NCBI GenBank assembly: GCA_965215015.1
Contig: OZ244042.1
Coordinates: 1,568,001 to 1,632,000, forward strand
Direction: 5' to 3'
Origin: Candidatus Poribacteria bacterium
Lineage (GTDB): Bacteria; Poribacteria; WGA-4E; PCPOR2b
DNA length: 64,000 nucleotides
Made by a program: the position numbers and the translations under genes. This document shows, piece after piece, positions 19,985-29,521 of this stretch (within the stretch, counting starts at the first letter, position 1; every line of letters begins with the position of its first letter). The notes under the pieces were generated by a model. The model was not told where the DNA came from. It made no database searches and worked only from the letters and a program-made list of their open reading frames with translations.

Positions 19985-20450
19985 ATAACCTAAGTTGCTA
20001 GTTGATAAACCCGCTCGGCTTGGATAGACATATCTAAGCCATAAATACCCGGACTAAGCGCAATGTCCCGGGCCGATTGAGCCATGATTATCGCCCTATA
20101 ATGTCTGGTATTCTGTCGCGCAATGTGCTAGATATCTCGTGCAGTGGATTTGTCAAGCCTATGCGAGTTGCCTAATCCAATACCTGTAGGTCAAGACTCA
20201 TATCTCGACACAAGCCCGTTGATTTTAGAAAATTGACAGACAGAAGTCTGCAACCGTCTCAAATGGCTCTGAATCCCAATTTTATCGGGGAGGAGCGCGT
20301 AGATAGTAGCACAGGGCCTGCTCTTGATGAAATCGGGGTTTCCTAACCTACCAGCTACAGGTTGGAAACCTGTGCTACGATTGGATTGTAATTGTCAGGT
20401 GGTAACTTGAGTGGAGATTCCATGGATATCCAACTAGCAACTTGCGTTAT
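19985..20450. repeat. MITE-like element family B
   Basis: 20-bp TIRs ATAACCTAAGTTGCTAGTTG / CAACTAGCAACTTGCGTTAT; related ends at 5417, 13341, 26024, 32133, 32236, 62575, 62774. Confidence 0.75.
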
Positions 20451-20507
20451 GATAATAGACAGTGCTCAGTCAAAATTCGCCGCCGTTTTATTTCCATATT
20501 TCAAAAT

Positions 20508-22922
20508 TTACTCGTAACTCGTTACCTTTTGACCTATCCATTCCTCTAGCGATTGTGTCCAGTGTCCGTCCGCATCAGTCAGGTGAGAAAAGCGAACATG
20601 GGACATCCAATTTTTCAAAAAAATGCTCGACAACTCCGATTCATCGTGATGTTGGGTGTAATCCGGAGGTGAAGTAGGAGTTTCTTGCATTCGGATTAAG
20701 GCGTAGGTTTGTTCGGAAAAAAAAGGAATGATTGGCGCAAACCGTTGTATCAAGACATATAAAATCGCTGATAGTACTGTTTGGCGCGCCCTCTTTTCTA
20801 GCCCTGTTTCCAACGCATTGCAGTGGTCATCGAAGAATGGTTGAAGATTTGATTGGCAAAAGTTCCTTAGCAGATACCACACCTGATAAAAATCGCGGTC
20901 CTGATAGGCGAGGTCTACGGATTGCAACACTTTGGCGGTAGCGGACAATATCTGTGTATCCGATTTTGATATTGGCTCCAGAAGAGAGGCATGGGGGTCA
21001 AAATCCTCAAGATAACTCAATATCGTGGAGTACAGTTTTTGGATGGCGTTATATTCATGTTGACACTGTTGCAGGTGCATCTCCATTGATGACGGATTCA
21101 GATTGGGTTGCAGGCAGAGCAAGCGCAGTACATCCTTTGGATATTCCTCCATCCAGCTTTGGTTGACATCAACGGACTGGACATTTGAATAATCTCCTGT
21201 CAACTCCACATTCAACGGGGGCGCATCGGAGATAGCAATCGAAGTTAAAACAAACTGAGCAAACCATCTATGAAATTGATTCGAGTAAAAGAAGTAAACA
21301 TTAATCGGCTGAACATTATTTCCTTTGACTTCGAGATTGTTGATCGCGTTGAGCAGAACCGCAAAGCGTCCATCGAGGGTTGTAAATTCTTTCCGAAACT
21401 CTTTTCCATCACAGTTATGGCATAAGGTATTCGGAGGTAACAAATCTTCAGTATCTAACTTAAACCAGCTATCGGCTCCGCGACGACCGATTAAAGCACG
21501 AATGGCTTTGACAATTCGACCGTCGGAAAGCTCTCCCCCACATTTTTGGCACTGAAAAATAGGAATCGGAGTCCCCCAACCTCGGTGGCATGAAACAGAT
21601 GGAGGCGGAAGCTCTCGGACCGTTTGCTGTATCCAATCTCTATCTTTAGAGCTATAGTGTGTCAAACGTTCATCTGAACAAATGACACGCTTCCTCAATT
21701 GATTGTTGTCCAAGGAGAAAATCCATTGTTGAATAGGCCGAAACAAGGCAAGTGTATCACACATCCAACAGTGGGGTTGGTGCACATCCTCAGATCCTGC
21801 TGATATTAGATAGCCCCGTTTCTCTAGTTCAAAGGCAATGAACTTCCCCGCGTCGGAAACTTCAAGTCCACAAAACTGCTCGGAATCCTCTGTTAAACGG
21901 CCCGCATCATCAATAACTGATGTAATTGGAAATTGCAGGACTTGAGCGATTTGATAATCATAAGAACGGTGACCTGGGGTAAGAGGCCTTACCCCGGGCG
22001 GTGGTTGAGACATCATCTCCTCGCTCAATGCACTATCATGTTGAGAAAGATCCGGGATAACGACTACCGGTAGGGCTGTGCCTAGAAATGGATGGGCACA
22101 AATACAATCCGTCAGTACCTCAGCTGAACAGGTTTGTAATAGATTTAAGCTTGCCTGATGGTCTGGCGGAAAGCGAGTCGAGAGATCTTCGTCAGCAAGC
22201 AGGAGGATTTCACCACCTAACTCAGCAATCCAATATTTACTATCTGCCTGTAACCCAATGGCAACACTTCCAGCAAGATACCATAGATCTTGAAGCCATG
22301 CGAGCAGGTAAACGTCCTCGCCAAACTCTTCTAAGCCGATGCTGATGGGAAATTTGACGTATCCCGAATATGCCGGAGAGGGGTGAATTTTCATCTCATC
22401 CGCATCTAATACGGTATTACATTTCGGACACCAAGCCCCCAATTTTTGATCTTTATTTAAATAACCCGACTCTTGCAATGTACTAAAAGCATTGATAATC
22501 TTCGCTTCATCGCGTGAATCTAGACTTTTGCCTTTTTTCCAATCTCCAAAGATTCCAAGTGCCTGTAGTTGATTTTGCTGTTGTTCAACCTCGCGCTGGA
22601 ACTCACGTCGACACTGGCGGCGAAATCGGAGCGCATCAAAGGTGCCATCTTTATACTCACGATTCAAAGCCTTTGTTTCAACATCAGAAGTATAATAATT
22701 CCAATGCGGCACATACTTCACACCTAGTCCCTGCATCATGTTGACTTTAAGAAAAATGTCCTGATAGATTTTTCCTTTAAGCATATCCAACTTCAGGTGA
22801 TGGGTAGCTGTAGGCATTTCTCGAAGGATGTAGGGTGCCGATTCCGCCCGTTGAGTCAGTCGGGCATAGATATCAATATCAGCCCATAGTTCCAAGATTT
22901 TTTCTTCAGTCCTCATTTTCAA
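20508..22922 (-). CDS. ileS: Isoleucyl-tRNA synthetase homologue with degenerate catalytic motifs (candidate pseudo-enzyme)
   Basis: IleRS-type architecture and yggT-ileS-lspA synteny, but HIGH->KLDM, GWDCHG->HWNYYT, no KMSKS, no C-terminal Zn finger. Confidence 0.85.
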   Translation of the reverse strand: MKMRTEEKILELWADIDIYARLTQRAESAPYILREMPTATHHLKLDMLKGKIYQDIFLKVNMMQGLGVKYVPHWNYYTSDVETKALNREYKDGTFDALRFRRQCRREFQREVEQQQNQLQALGIFGDWKKGKSLDSRDEAKIINAFSTLQESGYLNKDQKLGAWCPKCNTVLDADEMKIHPSPAYSGYVKFPISIGLEEFGEDVYLLAWLQDLWYLAGSVAIGLQADSKYWIAELGGEILLLADEDLSTRFPPDHQASLNLLQTCSAEVLTDCICAHPFLGTALPVVVIPDLSQHDSALSEEMMSQPPPGVRPLTPGHRSYDYQIAQVLQFPITSVIDDAGRLTEDSEQFCGLEVSDAGKFIAFELEKRGYLISAGSEDVHQPHCWMCDTLALFRPIQQWIFSLDNNQLRKRVICSDERLTHYSSKDRDWIQQTVRELPPPSVSCHRGWGTPIPIFQCQKCGGELSDGRIVKAIRALIGRRGADSWFKLDTEDLLPPNTLCHNCDGKEFRKEFTTLDGRFAVLLNAINNLEVKGNNVQPINVYFFYSNQFHRWFAQFVLTSIAISDAPPLNVELTGDYSNVQSVDVNQSWMEEYPKDVLRLLCLQPNLNPSSMEMHLQQCQHEYNAIQKLYSTILSYLEDFDPHASLLEPISKSDTQILSATAKVLQSVDLAYQDRDFYQVWYLLRNFCQSNLQPFFDDHCNALETGLEKRARQTVLSAILYVLIQRFAPIIPFFSEQTYALIRMQETPTSPPDYTQHHDESELSSIFLKNWMSHVRFSHLTDADGHWTQSLEEWIGQKVTSYE

Positions 22923-22984
22923 TCACCGTTAGGGCGCAGCCATAATCTCAAGGATTCGAGAGCTCTGAATAGATGGACGCTTAC

Positions 22985-23281
22985 TTAAAAGGTTGCCCTA
23001 AGCATACTTTGCAGTATTCTTAAAAAGATTAATAAAATTAGTGGTGAAATGTCAATTCCCAAGCCCCCCGTCATGGGCCTAAGTGCTCGGCGAATTGGAT
23101 CTAGTGCTGGATCAACAAGTCGATTGGTCATCCAATAAAGTTGTCTTACCGCCATATTACCAGAGAGGTTCACAACCCAAGATAATATAACATTAGCAAA
23201 GACAATGATTGAGTAAATCCCAATCACTTCGGTTACGAGAGGTATCAACACTTCCATAGTCGAGATCCCTTCCAATCTCAC
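22985..23281 (-). CDS. yggT: YggT family membrane protein
   Basis: VILSWV, DPALDPIRR, GIDISPLI; start may be ATG 23257. Confidence 0.9.
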   Translation of the reverse strand: MRLEGISTMEVLIPLVTEVIGIYSIIVFANVILSWVVNLSGNMAVRQLYWMTNRLVDPALDPIRRALRPMTGGLGIDISPLILLIFLRILQSMLRATF

Positions 23282-24097
23282 TCAATTTGCAAGTTCTTCA
23301 GCACGTTGTGTCGCGGCACTTACGGCATCAGCGATAATCGCGCGTAGGCGTCCACTTTCCAACGCATATAGTCCCGCTGCTGTTGTTCCCCCCGGTGTCG
23401 TCACTCGGTTTTTGAGCACCGCCGGATGTTCGTCTGTATCCTCAAGCATTTTGCACGCTCCGAGCACAGTTTGTAGAGCCAGTTGATATGCGTCGGGACG
23501 GATCAGTCCGACCTGTACCCCCGCATCGGTAAAGGCTTCAATGAATAGGAACACAAAAGCGGGGCCGCTACCGCTTAAACCGGTAACGGCGTTCAGATGT
23601 CTCTCCTCCATAACTAGCGACTTACCCGCAGCGTTGAAAATTGCTTGCGTTATAGCGAGGTGCTCAGCTGTGGCTGCACTTCCCGCCGCTATCGCGGAGA
23701 TTGCTTCTCCTACAGATGCTGCAATGTTTGGCATCACACGGACAATTGGCGGTGGCGGAGAGGTGAAGTAAGATTCTAATTGGGCTGTCGAGACACCAGC
23801 TGCAATGGAGATAATCCACTGGGACCGAGATTGGAGGGTAGCAGCAATCTCTGGGAAGATATCTGGCACGTTATTCGGCTTGGCTGCATATAGCATAAAG
23901 TCCACATTTTCTACCAGTTGCGGGATGTTTTCTGCACTGTTGACTCTTAACTCCTCGCACAGTTGGTCAACAAGAGGGCGATAGACATCTGTTATCCAAA
24001 CCTGTTCAGGCGGCAATAAATCATGCACAACGCTTTTGACAATCGCCCCTCCCATATTGCCAACGGCGATAAAACCGACTCGAAGTGTTGTATCCAA
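23282..24097 (-). CDS. proC: Pyrroline-5-carboxylate reductase
   Basis: ISIAAG, VRVMPN, TGLSGSGPAF, VTTPGGTT; TTG start after GGAGGAG. Confidence 0.95.
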   Translation of the reverse strand: MDTTLRVGFIAVGNMGGAIVKSVVHDLLPPEQVWITDVYRPLVDQLCEELRVNSAENIPQLVENVDFMLYAAKPNNVPDIFPEIAATLQSRSQWIISIAAGVSTAQLESYFTSPPPPIVRVMPNIAASVGEAISAIAAGSAATAEHLAITQAIFNAAGKSLVMEERHLNAVTGLSGSGPAFVFLFIEAFTDAGVQVGLIRPDAYQLALQTVLGACKMLEDTDEHPAVLKNRVTTPGGTTAAGLYALESGRLRAIIADAVSAATQRAEELAN

Positions 24098-24101
24098 AGT
24101 G

Positions 24102-24821
24102 CTATGCTCCTCCCAATCTGATCGGGACCTTTTCTGCTCGCTCTCCAAAGATTGCTGTGCCAACCCTAATGAGATTTGCACCTTCCTCAATGGCAACCTC
24201 AAAATCATTGGTCATTCCCATTGACAGGTTATCCATCTCAACGTTCGGAAACTGCTGGGCGATGATCTTCTCTCGGAGTTGCCGCAGCAATACAAACATC
24301 GGACGCACCGCTTCCGGGTCTGGCAGAAAGGCCCCGATTGTCATCAGTCCTTTGATTCGGACATGGGTGTAAGGGTGTGCACTTTCAATGAAGTTTAGCG
24401 TCTGATCCGGTTCCAGACCGTATTTGCTGGGTTCAGCGGAGGTGTTGACTTGAATCAGTACCTCTGTCGCGCGATTCAACCCAGCAGAGCGTCGATCGAT
24501 TTCAGCAAGGAGGCGAGGACTATCCACGGAGTGGATGAGATCAAAAATCTGTAAGGCTTGTTTCACTTTGTTCCGTTGCAAATGGCCAACTAGATGCCAC
24601 TTCACAGGATGGTCAATCTGGGGGTATTTACCTTGTGCCTCTTGGACGCGATTTTCACCGATGTCTGTAATTCCTGCGTCAATTGCCTCTACAATTAGGC
24701 TGACAGGCTTGGTTTTAGATACAGCAACGAGCCCTATTGAAGCTGGGTCGCGTCCAGCACGTGCGGCAGCCGCAGCAATCCGATCTTGAATCCGTGCAAG
24801 ATTTTCGCGAATAGAAGCCAT
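24102..24821 (-). CDS. yggS: PLP homeostasis protein
   Basis: LVAVSKT, GENRVQE, HLVGHLQRNK, LSMGMTND, IRVGTAIFG. Confidence 0.96.
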   Translation of the reverse strand: MASIRENLARIQDRIAAAAARAGRDPASIGLVAVSKTKPVSLIVEAIDAGITDIGENRVQEAQGKYPQIDHPVKWHLVGHLQRNKVKQALQIFDLIHSVDSPRLLAEIDRRSAGLNRATEVLIQVNTSAEPSKYGLEPDQTLNFIESAHPYTHVRIKGLMTIGAFLPDPEAVRPMFVLLRQLREKIIAQQFPNVEMDNLSMGMTNDFEVAIEEGANLIRVGTAIFGERAEKVPIRLGGA

Positions 24822-24922
24822 TGTCTTCCTCCCACAAAAGCAAATTAACAGAGATGTGCGAAACCAGTAAATAATAGCATATTTCAAGAAGCAATTGCAA
24901 GCGCAACCTGTCGGTCAGTGTT

Positions 24923-25852
24923 TCAACTTCCGACCTTCCAGAGACTTGCTGAGTCATAGGCTTCCCCACGCTTAGGCAGAAACTGGCGCAGATGTCGCCC
25001 ACCCAATGCAAATCCGGCAAGTCCCGGCATCCCCCGATCTTCATTCTCAACACAGAGAACATAATCATATCCCGACTCAAGCAGTGCCCCGATGATTGTT
25101 CCCCAATTCAACTGTCCGCGTCCGGGAACACGATACTGCCACCACCAGTTCCCGATGATTCCTTGACGGAAGCGCATCTGTGGACTGACTTCGCAATCCT
25201 TCACATCAGCATAGTACCACTTGCCAGAAAACATGCGGATAGCATCCTCTGCTGGTAAAATTCCCATCCAGAGCCAGTGGGACGGATCACAAGATAAACC
25301 CAAGTTATCGGAAGGAGTTGCGTCGAGAATGCGTTCCCACATCTCCGGATTACAGGCGATGTTACCCATTCGTACCGCACAATCGAGCGCAATCTTCACG
25401 CCTTTCTCCTCCGCAAAACGGATGACCGGCGTCCACATCTCCCTGAACCTGTCCACTAGTTCAACTGATCGATCGCCCGGGTTTCCGGGGTCCGAGGAAA
25501 ATTGTCCATAAAAATGCCAACTGACTGGGCTGCCTGCGTAGGTCACGAGGACTGGTGCACCGAGGAGGCTTGTTGCTTCGATAGCCCGTTTGAGATTTTC
25601 GCGAGCGGTTTCGCGCGCTTCGGGATCGTCGTCCAGCAGATTGTTGTGGGCACTTAATGCGGCGAGATAGGTATTGTGCATCTGCAAGGTTTCATTGATC
25701 TCATCGCCCCCTGTTCGTAGGATATGCTCGGGATCAAATGTCCCACTGGCGTTAGGACGAATTGCATCGAAACCGTTTTCCTGTGCCCAGTTGGCACACT
25801 CTTCGAGGCTCCATGCCCCTCCGCCTGCACCCGTACTAAAACTGATGTCCAT
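24923..25852 (-). CDS. Sugar phosphate isomerase/epimerase (xylose isomerase-like TIM barrel)
   Basis: GLSCDPSH, VKD, RVPGRG, CVENED. Confidence 0.85.
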   Translation of the reverse strand: MDISFSTGAGGGAWSLEECANWAQENGFDAIRPNASGTFDPEHILRTGGDEINETLQMHNTYLAALSAHNNLLDDDPEARETARENLKRAIEATSLLGAPVLVTYAGSPVSWHFYGQFSSDPGNPGDRSVELVDRFREMWTPVIRFAEEKGVKIALDCAVRMGNIACNPEMWERILDATPSDNLGLSCDPSHWLWMGILPAEDAIRMFSGKWYYADVKDCEVSPQMRFRQGIIGNWWWQYRVPGRGQLNWGTIIGALLESGYDYVLCVENEDRGMPGLAGFALGGRHLRQFLPKRGEAYDSASLWKVGS

Positions 25853-26034
25853 AATTCCTCCTCTTTCCGTGAAGGCTTTAGGTTTAGGATGCCACATCAC
25901 GCCCCTGATTAATTGGCATCCAAAGCAATCGTTTGTGTGGGGTACTGAACTACGAGTAGTTTTCTCGATTCATTGTGCATCAATCCAATGTGACACACAT
26001 GTTACCCCGCTAGGACTTTAAGTGGCAACTTGAG

Positions 26035-26886
26035 TTACCATACCATATCCACAACAGATAACGCCATGAGTACCAAACTCACCATGCCATTGAGTGTGAA
26101 GAAGGCAAGATTGACCCGGGACAGATCGTTCGGCTTGACGATGGCGTGCTCATAAATCAAAATGATGATAACGACTCCAACGCCGACTAGATAGACAATG
26201 CCAAGATCTGTTACAAGTGTAATGCCGATTAGTAAGGCAACCATTACTACATGGAGCACTGACGAAATCCATAATGCCGGTTTGATTCCGAATCTCGCAG
26301 GAATCGAATGTAGTCGATGGGTGCGATCAAAATCGAAATCTTGACAAGCGTAGATAATGTCAAACCCCGCTGTCCAAAGCAGCACCGCTAATCCGAGCAG
26401 CATGGGTGTCCAATCAAACTGACCTTTGATGGCAATCCACGCGCCGATCGGCGCAATTGCGAGGGAGGTTCCGAGCCACAGGTGGGAAAGGGAGGTAAAG
26501 TGCTTGGTGTAGGAGTATCCCATAATTACTACAAGTGCAACAGGTGAAAGTGCAAAGGCAAGTGGGTTGAGGTTATATGCAGCGAATACAAGCAGTGCAG
26601 CAGAGACAAGTGTAAACCCCCGCACTGTTCCCTTTGCAATTAATCCGGCAGGAATGGCTCGCATCTCTGTGCGTGGATTCGCTTTATCGATTTCGGCATC
26701 CGCAAGGCGATTGAACGCCATGGCGCAACTTCGCGCACCGACCATGGCGACGAGTATCCAACCGAGCTTGTCTAACGCTGGAAAGCCGTCCGAGGCGATG
26801 AATGCGCTCATAATTGCAAAAGGCAGCATAAAGACTGTGTGCTCAAATTTAATCATATCTAGGATAATTTTAATTTTTCGGAAAAT
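26035..26886 (-). CDS. UbiA-family polyprenyltransferase (MqnP-like); probable ATT start at 26886, first ATG 26856
   Basis: IKFEHTVF, MAFNRLADAEIDKANPRT, YSYTK, FDIIYACQD. Confidence 0.9.
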   Translation of the reverse strand: MFRKIKIILDMIKFEHTVFMLPFAIMSAFIASDGFPALDKLGWILVAMVGARSCAMAFNRLADAEIDKANPRTEMRAIPAGLIAKGTVRGFTLVSAALLVFAAYNLNPLAFALSPVALVVIMGYSYTKHFTSLSHLWLGTSLAIAPIGAWIAIKGQFDWTPMLLGLAVLLWTAGFDIIYACQDFDFDRTHRLHSIPARFGIKPALWISSVLHVVMVALLIGITLVTDLGIVYLVGVGVVIIILIYEHAIVKPNDLSRVNLAFFTLNGMVSLVLMALSVVDMVW

Positions 26887-26927
26887 TGTGGCTCACCTCC
26901 CTTTCAACAACAAAATCTGGTGCTGTC

Positions 26928-26956
26928 AGTATAGTGTATCATCTTTCAATTGTCAA
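26928..26956 (-). promoter_or_regulatory. sigma70 promoter of the ubiA-like gene
   Basis: TTGACA-17 nt-TATACT. Confidence 0.65.
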
Positions 26957-26975
26957 TCCATTTTTCGTCTGCGGA

Positions 26976-28025
26976 TTAGGCCATAGAAAAGACAACCCCT
27001 AACGCCTCATTCGGGGTTTGGATGAGTTTCTCGCACGCATCGGCGGCCTGATCGATTGGAACGATATCGGTAATCAACGGCTTTACCTTTAGCTTGCCTT
27101 CAGACATGAACCGAAGCACCAATGCCAGATTCCGTTGTGTGTGCCAATGGACGAAAACCGGTGGGTAATTTGCACCATGTTCATAGGCTTCGTCATGATA
27201 GCCGGGCCCCGTCCGGGCTGCGCTGATTACATCCACATTTCCAATGGCGGCGGCAAAGCGATGCGTAATGTTTGCACCACCGACAATAACGATGCGTCCC
27301 ATCTTATGTGTGTCAGGTGTTATCTTGAGCATATTGCGGATCTGGCGAAACGCTTCCGTGCCATCGCCGCCGAATGCAATAATTCCGCAGTCCATCCCAT
27401 GTCCGTTTGTGAATTTTTCTGCAATTGGCACCGGGTCATTATCAGTCAATTGAATTGGCAAATCTATACCAGCATCCTGTGCAATCTTCACGCGCTGGGG
27501 GAAGCGATCTAGCCCCATGGCATACGCACCGGCAATCTGTGCAATTTGACAGGAAAGCTGTCCCACCAAACCAAGGCCCGTTACGACAACATTTTCGCCA
27601 ATTGCGATGCGTCCGCGTTGTACGGCGTGTAAGGCTGTCGCAGCAAGGTGATTCGACGCCGCTTCCGCATCACTCACATTCTCAGGAATCTTTGCACAAA
27701 GATTGTGTGGTATACAGGCGTGCGTTGCGTGCAGTGCGTACCCGCCCCCCATACCCGACACGCGGTCGCCAATTGAGAACTCGCCGCAATCCCCTTTGGT
27801 CCCAATAACGACACCAGCGTTGCTATAACCGAAGGGACGCGCGATTGGATTCGGTGTTGGAGTTGCGCGTCTGTCCTTAACCCCGCCGAGTCCGGAACCA
27901 GGGCTTACCATCGAAGCACCGACCTCAACCAGCAACTGTCCGGACTTGAGTTCAGGGATGGGTTGTTCCTCCGTCCAGATTTTTCCGTTACTATCCATCA
28001 CAACAACTTTTCTTGTTTCGCTCAT
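26976..28025 (-). CDS. Medium-chain (zinc-type ADH-like) dehydrogenase
   Basis: VSPGS, FGYSNAG, GLGLVG. Confidence 0.85.
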   Translation of the reverse strand: MSETRKVVVMDSNGKIWTEEQPIPELKSGQLLVEVGASMVSPGSGLGGVKDRRATPTPNPIARPFGYSNAGVVIGTKGDCGEFSIGDRVSGMGGGYALHATHACIPHNLCAKIPENVSDAEAASNHLAATALHAVQRGRIAIGENVVVTGLGLVGQLSCQIAQIAGAYAMGLDRFPQRVKIAQDAGIDLPIQLTDNDPVPIAEKFTNGHGMDCGIIAFGGDGTEAFRQIRNMLKITPDTHKMGRIVIVGGANITHRFAAAIGNVDVISAARTGPGYHDEAYEHGANYPPVFVHWHTQRNLALVLRFMSEGKLKVKPLITDIVPIDQAADACEKLIQTPNEALGVVFSMA

Positions 28026-28044
28026 GATATATTCCTTTTCCACG

Positions 28045-29433
28045 TTATATTTCATCTTGCTTGTCCAAAGCGGCAATCCAGCTGCTCGCTTTATCCAGCG
28101 TTTCCTGGTATTCCGCTTCGGGTTCAGAATCCGCAACTACCCCACCGCCGACGTGAAAGTAGGCGCGTCGATTCTTGAGGATGCAGGTCCGAATTGCGAT
28201 ATTGAAATCCATCGCCCCGTCAAACCCGAAGTAGCCAATTGCCCCGGTATATACGCCGCGATTCGTCGGTTCAAGTTCATCAATTAATTCCATCGCCCGA
28301 ATCTTCGGTGCCCCGGTGATCGAGCCGCCGGGAAAACACGATTTCAGGAGATCGATTCGGTCGGCGTCCTGCCGGAGCGTTCCCCTGATGGTTGCAACGA
28401 GATGGTGTATGTTGGAATAACTTTCGAGCGCAACGCGTTCCGGCACATGGATAGATGCGATTTCGCAGACGCGTCCGAGATCATTCCGCTCAAGGTCCAC
28501 AATCATCAACAGTTCGGCGAAATCTTTTTCGCTATGCAGCAGCTCGATCGCCAGTTTCCGATCTAACTCCGGTGTCAAGCCACGGGGTCGTGTCCCTTTG
28601 ATTGGACGGGTTTCGACGGTTCGACTACCTGGTGAAAAATGGAGAAACCGTTCAGGAGACGCACTCAGAACCTGAAAATCATCACAGTGGAGGTATGCAC
28701 CATAAGGAACGGGGCTTAACTGACGCAAGCGCGCGTATAGCTCTGCGGGCGGCAAATCGCTAGAGATTGACAATCGTTGCGATAGATTGACCTGATAGAT
28801 GTCGCCTGACGCGATGTAAGCCTTGGCGCGTTGCACAGTGGAGAGATAGTCTGCTTTGGAGAAGTTAGATCTAATCGGAGATTTCGCGAAATGTGAAACG
28901 TGGAACCTGAATTCTTCACAACGACGTTGAGAGCAGCGATTTTCAGTTTGGAGAATTGAGTGGAGTTTTTCGACCTGCAGTTGATGTTGATTGGCAGAAT
29001 CTTCGCTGGTATTGGATCGGCATAAATAGACCTGATTGGACAGATGGTCAAATACAACGCTGACATCATAAAACGCAAAGTAGCAATCCGGCAGACTGAG
29101 GTCGTCGTGTGTTGTTGTGGGTAGCTCTTCGACGAAGCAGCGGAGTGGATACCCTAAATATCCAACCCCACCGATAAAGGGTAGGCCGCCGGTCAGCGAA
29201 CATGACTGAAACCGATTCAAAATTTCCCGGAGCGCGTCAAACGGATTGCCTGATCGCTTTTCAATCCGGTCCGTCCAATTCAGCTGCAGATCTGTCCCTT
29301 TGCTGCGGAAAATCAGGAACGGCTGCGAACCGATGAACGAGTAACGTCCAAGTCTTGGGGCATCCATGCCACTATCAAGGAAAAAACTGTGCGGTTCATC
29401 AGCCAGCAGCCAAAAGAGATCAAAAGCTGTCAA
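28045..29433 (-). CDS. pabB: Aminodeoxychorismate synthase component I
   Basis: GDIYQVNL, SPERF, RPIKGT, MIVDLERNDL, FPGGSITGAPK. Confidence 0.9.
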   Translation of the reverse strand: MTAFDLFWLLADEPHSFFLDSGMDAPRLGRYSFIGSQPFLIFRSKGTDLQLNWTDRIEKRSGNPFDALREILNRFQSCSLTGGLPFIGGVGYLGYPLRCFVEELPTTTHDDLSLPDCYFAFYDVSVVFDHLSNQVYLCRSNTSEDSANQHQLQVEKLHSILQTENRCSQRRCEEFRFHVSHFAKSPIRSNFSKADYLSTVQRAKAYIASGDIYQVNLSQRLSISSDLPPAELYARLRQLSPVPYGAYLHCDDFQVLSASPERFLHFSPGSRTVETRPIKGTRPRGLTPELDRKLAIELLHSEKDFAELLMIVDLERNDLGRVCEIASIHVPERVALESYSNIHHLVATIRGTLRQDADRIDLLKSCFPGGSITGAPKIRAMELIDELEPTNRGVYTGAIGYFGFDGAMDFNIAIRTCILKNRRAYFHVGGGVVADSEPEAEYQETLDKASSWIAALDKQDEI

Positions 29434-29521
29434 CTGTGTCTGAATCTCTTCGAGAGTAGAAACAATGCTGGTCGTGGTTCAGCCTACCTTTCTTGCTTGG
29501 CGATGTAGGCAGCAGGAGCGG

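Noticed and set aside
23282-24887. Long proC/yggS overlap from the ORF track (likewise N-terminal extensions of mtnD, rsmD, MNT and the parvulin gene)
   Set aside because: Downstream starts with better SD and family-typical N-termini remove the overlaps.
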